Sequence record: PQ015379.1
DNA: 64,000 nt
Reading direction: 5' to 3' (one strand)
Positions 44,143 to 53,626 of the stretch are shown one piece after another; the first letter of the stretch is position 1; each line of letters starts with the position of its first letter. The notes beneath the pieces were generated by a model. The model was not told the origin of the DNA. It searched no databases and worked only from the letters and a program-made list of their open reading frames with translations. Both the position numbers and the translations under genes were made by a program.

Positions 44143-45030
44143 ATGCGCCAACAGAAGCCAGTTTTCAACGAAGCGTTTCACAATTTTGCAGACACGCTAT
44201 TGGCCAAATTCCAGAACAACGAAAATCCAACACTTCGCCTGTCGCGGGAACAGTTGATCGGCGTGGCCCGCGACTTCGGGTTCTATCCGCTGAACTCGGT
44301 GCTGACTCGTTCGCTTCGTGAAATCATGGGCGAGAAAGGTTACAAGATTCAAATCGGTGCGCAGTGGGTTTTCATCAGCCGTAAAGCCGTAACCAACGTC
44401 GATCCCGAGCAGTGGCCAGCCCTGATCGAGAACATCTGTAAATGTCTGGATAAGCGTTGGATGGAATCGGGTGAAAAGCACATCCGCTTGACGCCCGCGC
44501 AGTTCCGCAACGTGGCGACCATCTGGCCCGATGATAATCCCCAGTTCAACGAACGTTGCGTAGAGGCCATGGCGAACATTGGCTACACCCTGACGTTCCG
44601 CGTTAATTACATCGACGTGCGCCCCAAGGGCACCGAAAGCAAACCCGGCAAAAAGCCGCGTGATTTGCACAAACAGGAACCGGCTCGAATTCGTGTCATG
44701 AACGGTCGCCAGTTCCTGCCTATCGCGCTGAAGGGCCGCCGTGTAGGTTGGCGCCAAGGTTTCAGCCACGCCCTGTTGATCAACGCGCAGTTGCCCATGG
44801 GCCAGCAAGCGGCGTTGACCAATTCGGTGTTGATGGTTCCGGACGCGGTAGTCGATTGCAACGGCGCGGTATTGACCAACGTTGCGCTTTTCAACGGCGA
44901 CGTTTTGCTGGTCAACGAAGCGGCTCTGTTGCAGGTGAAAGGCGGTTCGCTGTTGGATGCTCAAACCGGGCACCAGCACGCGCTGGCCATCCACGCGATT
45001 CCTCTGCAAAAGGATTCGAGTAATGCATGA
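44143..45030 (+). CDS. hypothetical protein (295 aa)
   Basis: AAGGA RBS. Confidence 0.8.
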   Translation: MRQQKPVFNEAFHNFADTLLAKFQNNENPTLRLSREQLIGVARDFGFYPLNSVLTRSLREIMGEKGYKIQIGAQWVFISRKAVTNVDPEQWPALIENICKCLDKRWMESGEKHIRLTPAQFRNVATIWPDDNPQFNERCVEAMANIGYTLTFRVNYIDVRPKGTESKPGKKPRDLHKQEPARIRVMNGRQFLPIALKGRRVGWRQGFSHALLINAQLPMGQQAALTNSVLMVPDAVVDCNGAVLTNVALFNGDVLLVNEAALLQVKGGSLLDAQTGHQHALAIHAIPLQKDSSNA

Positions 45031-45412
45031 CCGCTCGGTAAATGGTCTGCTGTTTTTGTGCGTGTTGGTCGTGGTGTTTTCCAATCTGGTCGCGTACCAA
45101 ATTGTGAATGGTGAACTGAGCCTGCATTGGCTATGGGCCGTCGTGTTCATGATCCTGCAAATGGGGTTCGCCATAATCAGCCATTCCCTCGACCGGCCCG
45201 TTCTGGAAAACACGTTTGGTCGTCTGTACGTCCGGTTCAAAATGTCACACGACTGGATCTACATCACGGACCCCAAGGGAAATCGAAACAACGTGATTTT
45301 CAGTTTCGGTTTCATCGAAAAAGATGGCATCGACGCCCGGTGTTGGAATCTGGTCTGTCTAGCCTTCGCCTTCAGCATCGGTGTACTACCGAAAAGGAAT
45401 AAACGGAAATGA
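45023..45412 (+). CDS. membrane protein
   Basis: Hydrophobic segments. Confidence 0.7.
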   Translation: MHDRSVNGLLFLCVLVVVFSNLVAYQIVNGELSLHWLWAVVFMILQMGFAIISHSLDRPVLENTFGRLYVRFKMSHDWIYITDPKGNRNNVIFSFGFIEKDGIDARCWNLVCLAFAFSIGVLPKRNKRK

Positions 45413-45807
45413 AGAAATACGAATTGCATGATATCGTCGCGTATTTCGAGGACCGTGGCCGCGACATTGATCGCCACCAAGAAATGGCCGACGCCGCTGA
45501 AGCCGCTTTCAAAGGCCTGTTCAATCACGCGTGTGATTTCGCGCTTGGCTTCGACCCGTATTATACCGACCGCGAACTGGCGAATATCGGGACCGAGGGC
45601 CAGCGTGGTGAGCCGGATCAAATCCGGGCCGCGCATTTCCTGTTCAACGAAGACGGGGCGTTACGTGAGTGGCTGAAGAATTATCTGGAACGCATGCGCT
45701 TCGACAATGCGCCGTCGCTCGGTTCCGATCTGGCCACCCTGTATTTCGGCGTTGAAATGACGCGAATCACCGACCGCCGTTACACCGCCGTTTACGCGTG
45801 GAAATAA
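45409..45807 (+). CDS. hypothetical protein
   Basis: ATGA overlap. Confidence 0.75.
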   Translation: MKKYELHDIVAYFEDRGRDIDRHQEMADAAEAAFKGLFNHACDFALGFDPYYTDRELANIGTEGQRGEPDQIRAAHFLFNEDGALREWLKNYLERMRFDNAPSLGSDLATLYFGVEMTRITDRRYTAVYAWK

Positions 45808-45810
45808 AAA

Positions 45811-46302
45811 ATGCCAGTTGCAGAAAAAGGATTCATCACTACACTAGAGCCGATGCGCCTGCGGATGCTGCGCCGCCGGTATGGTGAAATGGAATTCAGC
45901 GAAGTGGTTGAACTCGCTGAGCAGGCCGAGAACTTTCTTGAGCCAATGACCGTATTCGATCCCGCGTGGAAAAAGTTCACGCAGGACCGGCGCACGTGGT
46001 GGGAATATGCGTGGTTGCTTTCGTGTGAGGCCGACCGTTTTTGTCCGTCTGATCCGCATGTGAAATATCGTGGTTTCTTGATCGGTTATCCGGCGAAGCA
46101 ACCACACGTTGACGGCCAGACGTTCCGTGAATGGTTGAACCAGCGCCCGGAAGACGTTACCGAAGAATGGCAGGCGTGGTTGCCTGTGTACTTGCGCCCT
46201 GACGAAGTGTGCGCATATGCCGCCAAGATTTACCACAAACAGCGTGGCGTTGACGGCCACCTGCGCAATTTCGAAATCATGGAAATTCCGGTGGAGGATT
46301 GA
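45811..46302 (+). CDS. hypothetical protein
   Basis: Packed ORF. Confidence 0.75.
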   Translation: MPVAEKGFITTLEPMRLRMLRRRYGEMEFSEVVELAEQAENFLEPMTVFDPAWKKFTQDRRTWWEYAWLLSCEADRFCPSDPHVKYRGFLIGYPAKQPHVDGQTFREWLNQRPEDVTEEWQAWLPVYLRPDEVCAYAAKIYHKQRGVDGHLRNFEIMEIPVED

Positions 46303-46305
46303 ACA

Positions 46306-47004
46306 ATGGGAATGCTTGATGATGCTTACATCGAACGCCGCACCGAACAAGACGGTGTAAAAATCTTCTACTTCGCTGCGCATGCTGGGGCGCATATCGC
46401 GAGTGCGGCTGCGTCGGCTTTGGGCCAGATGTTCTACAAGGCCGAGAAATACGGCAACGATAAGGTGGCGGGCTTCATCGAATTCAACGATTTGATGGTG
46501 CCGCTAAAAGAAGGCGACAAACCTGAAGACGTTCATGCCGAATACAAGCGCATGAGCGACGAACGCCGTGCCCAGTACGAAAAGACCGACGAATTCAAAC
46601 GTCGCGAGCAAGAGGCGGCACAGCGTGCGGTCGCCAATCAGGTCAAGCTGAACGAAACTGTAAACAAGATCGAGGCCCTGTGTGCCGACTGGTCGAAACG
46701 TTCACAGCTGCAACCGAACGGGCAGGAAGGCGCTGATCTGTTTGGCTTGCTAATCACCTACATCGACGCAGCCGATTATATCGGTGTTGAGAAACACGCG
46801 GACCGGGTACGCATAGCACTCGAAAGCGTAGGGTACTGGAAAAACCAATATTCGGACCCACGGACTTTCGGTCCCGAAGGCTCGATTCAACACCAAGCAA
46901 AATACCGCGCCTATGCGGCTGGGATGATCCTCAACATGATTGGCATGATCAATCCACATTTAGGCCCAAAAATCGAAGAATGGGAACTGCATCTGCTGCA
47001 CTGA
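46306..47004 (+). CDS. hypothetical protein
   Basis: GGAGG RBS. Confidence 0.8.
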   Translation: MGMLDDAYIERRTEQDGVKIFYFAAHAGAHIASAAASALGQMFYKAEKYGNDKVAGFIEFNDLMVPLKEGDKPEDVHAEYKRMSDERRAQYEKTDEFKRREQEAAQRAVANQVKLNETVNKIEALCADWSKRSQLQPNGQEGADLFGLLITYIDAADYIGVEKHADRVRIALESVGYWKNQYSDPRTFGPEGSIQHQAKYRAYAAGMILNMIGMINPHLGPKIEEWELHLLH

Positions 47005-47032
47005 AATGTAACGCGGACAGAGTGAGGAAAAA

Positions 47033-47251
47033 ATGACGGAACGTTCTTATGAAATTCGTGATGGGCGACACGAACCGCGCCTGCATCACAATATCGGGAC
47101 CGCGATCACGCAAGCAGTCGAAGACTTGCCTGCCGGTACGGTCGGAAAATTTGGACTGGACGACGTTCGCTTCGTCGAGTTCACCAACCAAGACCGGCCC
47201 CGTGATGTGTGGGAACGGCTTATGGAAAAGTTGAACGAGGAACAAACCTAA
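47033..47251 (+). CDS. small hypothetical protein
   Basis: GAGGA RBS. Confidence 0.7.
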   Translation: MTERSYEIRDGRHEPRLHHNIGTAITQAVEDLPAGTVGKFGLDDVRFVEFTNQDRPRDVWERLMEKLNEEQT

Positions 47252-47628
47252 TGCCCCTGACTTTCACCAAGTGCAAACGTCGTTTCGACGTGACTGCAAA
47301 AATCACGCAATTCCACGGCGGTGCTCGCCCGGTGACGCTCTTCGAACGCACCACCGTTGTGTGGTCGTACGGGCCTTCGCTGTACCACCTGACCGACCCA
47401 CTGTGCATCGAGGTCGGGATGCACAAACGCGATGTGAACATTTCGATTCTCTACGTCCGTGAGCATTCGTTCGAAGAATACTCCCCGGCGCAGATGGGGA
47501 TCATGATGGCACAGGAAGGCGGTTACGGATTTTCCGACAACCCCTACGCAAATTCTGGTGGCAGCAAAGCCGATGCTGACGCATGGGACGCTGCGTTCTC
47601 CAAAGAGCGCAAATTGCAGGAGCGCTAA
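47251..47628 (+). CDS. hypothetical protein
   Basis: TAATG overlap. Confidence 0.7.
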   Translation: MPLTFTKCKRRFDVTAKITQFHGGARPVTLFERTTVVWSYGPSLYHLTDPLCIEVGMHKRDVNISILYVREHSFEEYSPAQMGIMMAQEGGYGFSDNPYANSGGSKADADAWDAAFSKERKLQER

Positions 47629-47629
47629 A

Positions 47630-47863
47630 ATGGGCGAAGCCCTATGGTTTTGGTTTGCAAAATTTCTGGTTGAACTCGGCATTGGCTTGCTGCTGGTTTC
47701 TCCCTTGCTGATCATGCTGTTCAGGCGCTGGCTCAAACAGCAATTTTGCAAGCACCCTGAGTTTTACGAAAACCGCGCCTGCCATGGCATTTGCCGGGGC
47801 TGCGGAAAAGACCTTGGATTTATCCAACCACTGCGAGACGCTCGCAACAAAAAGGAAGTGTAA
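47630..47863 (+). CDS. small membrane protein with Cys cluster
   Basis: TM followed by FCKH..CHGICRGC. Confidence 0.7.
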   Translation: MGEALWFWFAKFLVELGIGLLLVSPLLIMLFRRWLKQQFCKHPEFYENRACHGICRGCGKDLGFIQPLRDARNKKEV

Positions 47864-47866
47864 GGA

Positions 47867-49945
47867 ATGAGCAATTTTGTAGAGTTCGGCAAAGCAGTTA
47901 ACGCCGCGTACACCTCGATTCTGGAAAAAGACGGCGGCAAGAAAAATCGCGTTTTCGTCGTCGATATCAAGGGCGACGATCTGTGGGCTGCGTACCTCGC
48001 CGCGTTCCCCGAGGGCACCAACCCGATGTTCCGTGAACGTCGCGAGTATGAGTGCAACACCTGCCACAACTTCGTGCGCAACCTCGGCGCCGTCGTCTAC
48101 GCGGAAAAAGGCAAACTGCTGACCGTGTGGGACGTGGAACTGGAAAACCCGACCTACCAAATCGTGGCCGACACCTTGGCCAAGCTGGTACGTTCGCTGC
48201 CGATCAAAGAACGTTTTTGGGCTGAAATGCCCAGCTACGGCTGCGAGCAAACCACCAGCGCCACCACTGGCGAAAAGTGGAACCATTTTCACGGTGACGT
48301 TCCTGCGATTTTCCGCTGGAACAAAAACCCAAGTGACTACATCGGCGAATCGACCAACGACAAGAACGGTCTGGAACGTTCGATCAGCGAAATCTCGGAC
48401 GAAGCAATCGAAATCGTTCTGGATCTGATCAATACCGACTCGCTCTACAAAGGCCCGGAAAAGATCAAGAAAGTCGAAATGCTGCAACGCCTGAAAGCGG
48501 CGTACGGCAAGCTGAAAACCGAACGCGGTCGCGAGATTTTCCTGTGGACCGAATCCAGCGAAAAAACCCGTGTGCATTCCGACGTGATCGGCACCCTGCT
48601 GCTGGATATCACGGCTGGCGTCGAACTCGAAGTTGCGGTGAAAAAGTTCGAAGACAAGATGGCTGGCGGTAACTACAAGCGTTCGAAAGCGCTCGTTACC
48701 CAAAAGATGATCGACGAAGCGCAGAAGGTCGTGGAAAAACTCGACCTCGAAGCCTCGCTGCATCGCCGCCACGCCAAGCGCGAAGATATCAGCGTAAACG
48801 ACGTGGAATTCGTCGATGGCACCGTGCGCAAGAAACTGCGTGGTGGCGCGTTCGAAGGTATCAAGCCAACGGCCAAAGCGAAAGTCGCGGCGCCGAAGCT
48901 CGACAAGATCGAAGACATTTCCATCAAAGATTTCATGGCGAAAGTTCTGCCAAAAATCGACACCATGGAAATGTTCGTGCAGAACCGCCACATCCCGAAA
49001 CTGGTGAGCCTGCTGGCCCCGGTGTATCCGGATGCGAACCCGCTGTTCAAGTGGGACAACGGTTTCAGCTGGTCGTATAACGGCGACGTTGCGGATTCCG
49101 ATATTCGCCGCGCAGTGCAGGAAAAGGGCGGTCGTGTAGACGGCGTGCTGCGTTTCTCGCACAGCTGGAACTACGGCAAGCGCAATGCCTCGCTGATGGA
49201 CCTGCACGTGTTCATGCCGGGCAACCCACACAAAAGCGGCAAGCACGACAATTACGGTTTCGAACGTGACCGCGTAGGCTGGAACAACCGCACCGACTAC
49301 CGTTCTGGCGGTAGCCAAGACGTGGATTACACCGAGGCGGCACCAGAAGGTTACGTGCCGGTTGAAAACATCACGTTCCCCGATCTTTCGAAACTGAAAG
49401 ACGGTCAGTACCAGTGCAAGATTCACAACTGGCGCAAACGTGAACCGAACTATGGCGGCTTCAAAGCGGAAATCGAATTCGAGGGCAATGTTTTCGAATA
49501 CGAATACGATCAGCCGTTGGACCACAAGGAATGGGTAGACGTTGCAACCGTCACCCTGAAAAACGGCAAATTCAGCATCGAGCACCACCTGCCGCACAGC
49601 GCCAGCAGCACCGAAGTGTGGGGCATTACCACCGAACAGTGGACGCCGGTCGATCTGATCACCCGTTCGCCAAACTTCTGGAATGGCCAGAGCATCGGCA
49701 ACGAGCACGTGTTCTTCATTCTGCGCGGCTGCCTGCGTGAAGGTTCGACCCGTGGTTTCTATAACGAATATCTGCGTGATGATCTGCACAAACATCGCAA
49801 AGTATTCGAAGTCGTGGCTGGCCAAATGCGTGCGCCGTTCACCGAACAGCAGCTGTCGGGCCTCGGTTTCTCCACGACCCAGCGCAACGATATTCAGGTC
49901 CGCGTGAAAGGCTCCATGAGCCGCGTGTTCAACATCAAGTTCTAA
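47867..49945 (+). CDS. large conserved phage protein of unknown function (692 aa)
   Basis: N-terminal YECNTCHNFVRNLG; C-terminal DLH..P and DVD...VENI.F beta-sandwich-like motifs; highly biased codons. Confidence 0.9.
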   Translation: MSNFVEFGKAVNAAYTSILEKDGGKKNRVFVVDIKGDDLWAAYLAAFPEGTNPMFRERREYECNTCHNFVRNLGAVVYAEKGKLLTVWDVELENPTYQIVADTLAKLVRSLPIKERFWAEMPSYGCEQTTSATTGEKWNHFHGDVPAIFRWNKNPSDYIGESTNDKNGLERSISEISDEAIEIVLDLINTDSLYKGPEKIKKVEMLQRLKAAYGKLKTERGREIFLWTESSEKTRVHSDVIGTLLLDITAGVELEVAVKKFEDKMAGGNYKRSKALVTQKMIDEAQKVVEKLDLEASLHRRHAKREDISVNDVEFVDGTVRKKLRGGAFEGIKPTAKAKVAAPKLDKIEDISIKDFMAKVLPKIDTMEMFVQNRHIPKLVSLLAPVYPDANPLFKWDNGFSWSYNGDVADSDIRRAVQEKGGRVDGVLRFSHSWNYGKRNASLMDLHVFMPGNPHKSGKHDNYGFERDRVGWNNRTDYRSGGSQDVDYTEAAPEGYVPVENITFPDLSKLKDGQYQCKIHNWRKREPNYGGFKAEIEFEGNVFEYEYDQPLDHKEWVDVATVTLKNGKFSIEHHLPHSASSTEVWGITTEQWTPVDLITRSPNFWNGQSIGNEHVFFILRGCLREGSTRGFYNEYLRDDLHKHRKVFEVVAGQMRAPFTEQQLSGLGFSTTQRNDIQVRVKGSMSRVFNIKF

Positions 49946-49977
49946 ACCCAACCCAATCGTAAAAAGGAAAGCAAATC

Positions 49978-50373
49978 ATGACCAACATTTTCGAACAAGC
50001 AACCCGTAAGAAAATCCGCTTCGAAACCAACCGTGGCGTGTTCCAAGTGGAAGACCTGTGGGATCTGCCGCTGACCGCCAAGGGCGACCGTGTGAACCTC
50101 GACGCCATCGCGGTCGAACTGCACGACAAGATCGAAGCGCAGGGCACCAAAAGCTTCGTGAAGGCCGCGAAGAAAGACGAAATCCTGAATCTGAAATTCG
50201 AAATCGTCAAACACATCATCGAAACCAAGGAAGCCGAGGCTGAAGCCAAGGTCGCCGAGAACGACAAGCAGGCCAAGCGCGAACAGTTCGACATTCTGAT
50301 CAAGCAGGCCGAACTCAACGAACTGGCGGGCAAGTCCCCAGCTGAACTGAAGGCAATGCGCGACGCGTTGTAA
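49978..50373 (+). CDS. conserved partner protein with coiled-coil C-terminus
   Basis: IFEQATRKKIRF...EDLWDLPL...LDAIA...SFV. Confidence 0.85.
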   Translation: MTNIFEQATRKKIRFETNRGVFQVEDLWDLPLTAKGDRVNLDAIAVELHDKIEAQGTKSFVKAAKKDEILNLKFEIVKHIIETKEAEAEAKVAENDKQAKREQFDILIKQAELNELAGKSPAELKAMRDAL

Positions 50374-50453
50374 TCGGTAAAACAGTTTGCACGTTCTGAC
50401 CAAAAACGTGCACCTTTATTTTCTGTACCCTCAACATTTATTTCGAGGTTTTT

Positions 50454-50687
50454 ATGCGCACCGAATTACCGAACGCGTATGGTTCCATGGTGCACGATGG
50501 CGTAGAGTTCGAACGCACGCCCGGCTGGTTCAACATCTGGCCCGACAAAGAACGCGGGGTCCACGTGTTCGAATTTTCCGATGGCTGCTACCGGGCAGAC
50601 ATGCCGGTAAGTCTGGAAACGCTGAAAGCCATGCGTGAAAAAATCGACAACTACGTCAAAGAAAAAGAATCCGAGGCCCAATCGTGA
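50454..50687 (+). CDS. small hypothetical protein
   Basis: GAGG RBS. Confidence 0.7.
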   Translation: MRTELPNAYGSMVHDGVEFERTPGWFNIWPDKERGVHVFEFSDGCYRADMPVSLETLKAMREKIDNYVKEKESEAQS

Positions 50688-51055
50688 AACTCAACTGGGA
50701 ACCCGGTCGCCAAGGCACCGGTTACGAAAAGCTGAAGCTGTTCAACCGCTGGAAGTTTTTCAGCCGTTTCAAGTGGGATTTGTACCTGCTGCGCTATCGC
50801 GTTGGTGCCGGTATCCCGCTGCACCTCGACCCGGTTCCGGATCACCGCCATTACCGGCTGAACGTGTACCTGTGGAACGCGAAAGCTGGCGGGGTGCCCG
50901 AGCACTACGATTCTATTTGCACCAATCGCTTTTTCACCCTGTTCCGACCCGACCTGAGTCTGCATTCGGTGACGCCGGTTACGCAGGGCGTGCGCTACGT
51001 GCTGAGTTTCGGTTTCGTTCGTCGCGTTGTCGAGGTTAAAAATGATTACGATTGA
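50684..51055 (+). CDS. 2OG-Fe(II) dioxygenase
   Basis: LLRY..G..IPLHLD (HxD), LHSVTPV (distal H), RYVLS (2OG Arg). Confidence 0.85.
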   Translation: MKLNWEPGRQGTGYEKLKLFNRWKFFSRFKWDLYLLRYRVGAGIPLHLDPVPDHRHYRLNVYLWNAKAGGVPEHYDSICTNRFFTLFRPDLSLHSVTPVTQGVRYVLSFGFVRRVVEVKNDYD

Positions 51056-51512
51056 CTGGTATTACATTCGCAAGCAGTTGCCGATTTACGCCTACGAATA
51101 TGAAACCGTGGACGAAAAAGGCAACGTCACCGATTACAAATGCTGGCGCCCCGGTGACGCGAAAAACAAGGGGCAGGAACCACCGCCCGGCTGGACCAAC
51201 ATCGCCTACGACGATTCGCACCCGGAACTGTGGCGTGAGGCCGCCGACGCGTGGGTTAAGAACGTGGTACGCCCGAACGAAAAAGCGGTTTGGTTCGACA
51301 TGGCAACCGGCGATTTCTCGAACACGTTCCGCCTCGGTGAATTGCTGAATTCGACACTCGAAGCGCTGGACCAATCCAAGATCGGTAAAAACGAACTGGA
51401 AGAAAAAACCAGCACGTGGCGCCTGATCGTGTACCGCGTCGAGTCCGGTTCGGATTTCGAGTTCTCGAACCTGATGCGCCTAGTCACCAAACCACGGGAG
51501 GCACGCCGTTGA
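51042..51512 (+). CDS. hypothetical protein
   Basis: GAGG RBS. Confidence 0.75.
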   Translation: MITIDWYYIRKQLPIYAYEYETVDEKGNVTDYKCWRPGDAKNKGQEPPPGWTNIAYDDSHPELWREAADAWVKNVVRPNEKAVWFDMATGDFSNTFRLGELLNSTLEALDQSKIGKNELEEKTSTWRLIVYRVESGSDFEFSNLMRLVTKPREARR

Positions 51513-51901
51513 TTTTTCTGGATGAAAAGAAAAAGCAGTACGTTAAAATCACTAGCCATCGCACAGGTGGTTATGGTTTCAGTGCCGGGTTCACCAACCA
51601 AAAACCCGTAGGCCTCGACGCAACCCGCGAGGGATTGATTGCGGTTCGTGACCGTATCAACGAATTGTTAGAAATCGAAGACGGCCCTGTTGCAAAATCA
51701 AAAAGCGTGCGGAAAAAACCTGTTGCTTATGCGACGGTGCAGGATCTGGAATCTGTGGACGCCAGCATTGTGCGGATCGCTGTGATGCTGGGCCTGCAAC
51801 CTGCGGAAATTGCACAGGCCATGCGCACCACAACCAGCCAAGTGCGACTGGCGCTTGAGTTGAAAAACACCCGTCCGAAAAATCCACCGGGAAAAGACTA
51901 A
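51509..51901 (+). CDS. hypothetical protein (TTG start), possible C-terminal HTH
   Basis: GGAGG before TTGA overlap; IAVMLGLQPAEIAQAM. Confidence 0.6.
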   Translation: MIFLDEKKKQYVKITSHRTGGYGFSAGFTNQKPVGLDATREGLIAVRDRINELLEIEDGPVAKSKSVRKKPVAYATVQDLESVDASIVRIAVMLGLQPAEIAQAMRTTTSQVRLALELKNTRPKNPPGKD

Positions 51902-51984
51902 TGGGCATTGGTTTGAGTTGGCCGGATGCGTTCGCAGTGGTTGGCGTGGCGTTCGCCGTTGCCTTTGCTTTGCGTGCCATGTGA
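51901..51984 (+). CDS. 27-aa single-TM peptide
   Basis: Read manually: MGIGLSWPDAFAVVGVAFAVAFALRAM; overlaps on both sides. Confidence 0.55.
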   Translation: MGIGLSWPDAFAVVGVAFAVAFALRAM

Positions 51985-52172
51985 TGAAGCCAGAACCCGC
52001 TGACGATATTCCGATGGCGAATGTCGAAAAATACACCGGTCCCGATCCGAAGTGCTGGACCTGTATGGATCGTGGTTTTGTGGGTGGCCTTGTCCCGTGG
52101 GGCGATGGCCAAGTGGATTCAATTTGTGAGGATTGCCCCGACTGTGGGCAGACGGAAAAAGAGGAAAAGTAA
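51984..52172 (+). CDS. small zinc-ribbon protein
   Basis: CWTC...CPDCG. Confidence 0.65.
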   Translation: MKPEPADDIPMANVEKYTGPDPKCWTCMDRGFVGGLVPWGDGQVDSICEDCPDCGQTEKEEK

Positions 52173-52363
52173 TGCGCGCTGTTTTCATGAAACACCTGAA
52201 TACTCAAACGCAACGCCCTGAAGTGGTGGCGCTGGCATCGACCGATAACGCCAAGTATTCGACGGCCCAGCTGCTGGAACATGCGGCCATGATTTTGCGC
52301 GGCAAGATCGAGCGCGGCGAACTGAAAGAAGAACACATTTACGAAGTGAACTTGAGGAACTAA
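52172..52363 (+). CDS. small hypothetical protein
   Basis: TAATG overlap. Confidence 0.65.
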   Translation: MRAVFMKHLNTQTQRPEVVALASTDNAKYSTAQLLEHAAMILRGKIERGELKEEHIYEVNLRN

Positions 52364-52365
52364 TC

Positions 52366-52611
52366 GTGGGTATGGAACGTAGCCAAATCGACATTCTTTT
52401 TGATGAACGCGGCAATCTGCGCCAAGGCATGAAGGGTGATGTTCTTTTCGACGGAACGGGCCATATCAACCTTCCTGTTTATCGTGCACTGCAAGAACGC
52501 ATGATGGACAGCATGCCGCTGGCCCACACCGATATGGCGCGCCTGTTCTACGCGGTCGAAGCACAGAACAAAACCGAACGAAAGTTCCCGGCCAAATTCT
52601 TCTGGAAATAA
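52366..52611 (+). CDS. small hypothetical protein
   Basis: GAGGA RBS. Confidence 0.7.
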   Translation: MGMERSQIDILFDERGNLRQGMKGDVLFDGTGHINLPVYRALQERMMDSMPLAHTDMARLFYAVEAQNKTERKFPAKFFWK

Positions 52612-52613
52612 TC

Positions 52614-52919
52614 ATGCGTCCGTTGACCATCGTTAAAACCAAAGGGCCGGGTCGCCAATATTGGATCGCCCACAACGTAACGCGTCGTGAAGCCCGCGTG
52701 ATGAACGTTGACGGTCCCGGTGTGCACCTGTTCAGCGGTTACTGGTACGCTGGATTTGGGCTGAAACGTGATTGGGATTGGCACTGGCGTATGCGTACCG
52801 ATTTCCGCCACCACGATGCGTTCGGCAAAGTGGCGCCGGTCCCGAAAAAGCGCGCCGATTACAAAGTGGTGGCCCGTGGCACGCGTAACTCCTATCTCGT
52901 ACGGAAACTGATGCGATGA
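52614..52919 (+). CDS. basic hypothetical protein
   Basis: Packed ORF. Confidence 0.7.
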   Translation: MRPLTIVKTKGPGRQYWIAHNVTRREARVMNVDGPGVHLFSGYWYAGFGLKRDWDWHWRMRTDFRHHDAFGKVAPVPKKRADYKVVARGTRNSYLVRKLMR

Positions 52920-53626
52920 AAGAACAACAATTGCCGACCACGTTCACCTCCGAAGAGGTGGCCCGCATTCTGGACGCGCTGTTCGCCCAGCACCCGCAAA
53001 AAATTGGGGACAATGAAAACCCCGAGTGGCGCACCAATCACACGCTGGGTCGTCGTCTGGTGCGTCTGGCGGAAGACGGGGCGCGCCTCGATTTTCTGCA
53101 AACGCAATCGAAACTTTCGTACACCGGCCTGAGCATTCAAACGCAAGGTGGCCGTACCGAAATTATGTGGCACCACCAGCGTTTCGAACCACAAGAAAAT
53201 CTGCGTCGTGCCATCGATTTGGCGCGTGAGAAATTTCCGGAAGGTCAGTCGAAAATTTCCCCGCCCGGTGCTCGCTTTGTATATGGGCGTGCGCCGGTTC
53301 AGCCGACCGATCCGGAAAACGTGCCGGGGCGTGAGTGGTATGGCCCGAACAAGCTGCCAGCGTGGCACGACAAAACCACCGATCTGGTTTACCGGATGGT
53401 GAGCGAACAGTCGTGTGCCTCGGTTCACGAAATGCAGCGCGTGTACGCCGATACCGACCTGCACGAATGGGGCCACATGGATTCGCTTGACCACATCGAA
53501 ATGATCATGCGCATCGAAGAAGAATTCGGATTGGAAATTCCCGACGAAGTTTCCTACACGTTCCGTACCATCAACCAAATCGTCGAGTACGTCAAACAAC
53601 AGGAATACCAACGTGACCCGCGTTAA
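52916..53626 (+). CDS. unknown N-terminal domain fused to an acyl carrier protein domain
   Basis: C-terminal MDSLDHIEMIMRIEEEFGLEIPDE....RTINQIVEYV with the phosphopantetheine Ser. Confidence 0.85.
   Translation: MKEQQLPTTFTSEEVARILDALFAQHPQKIGDNENPEWRTNHTLGRRLVRLAEDGARLDFLQTQSKLSYTGLSIQTQGGRTEIMWHHQRFEPQENLRRAIDLAREKFPEGQSKISPPGARFVYGRAPVQPTDPENVPGREWYGPNKLPAWHDKTTDLVYRMVSEQSCASVHEMQRVYADTDLHEWGHMDSLDHIEMIMRIEEEFGLEIPDEVSYTFRTINQIVEYVKQQEYQRDPR

Noticed and set aside
47642-49951. 769-aa minus-strand ORF (and similar long antisense ORFs at 23728..25233, 34742..36535, 7897..9171, 3905..5014)
   Set aside because: They exactly shadow strongly codon-biased + strand genes, lack RBSs and read as low-complexity antisense translations.
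50385-50412. TGCACG...CGTGCA dyad as a fifth TGCRCA operator
   Set aside because: The spacer is 13 rather than 10 nt and the arms differ; more likely an RNA hairpin after the 49978 gene.
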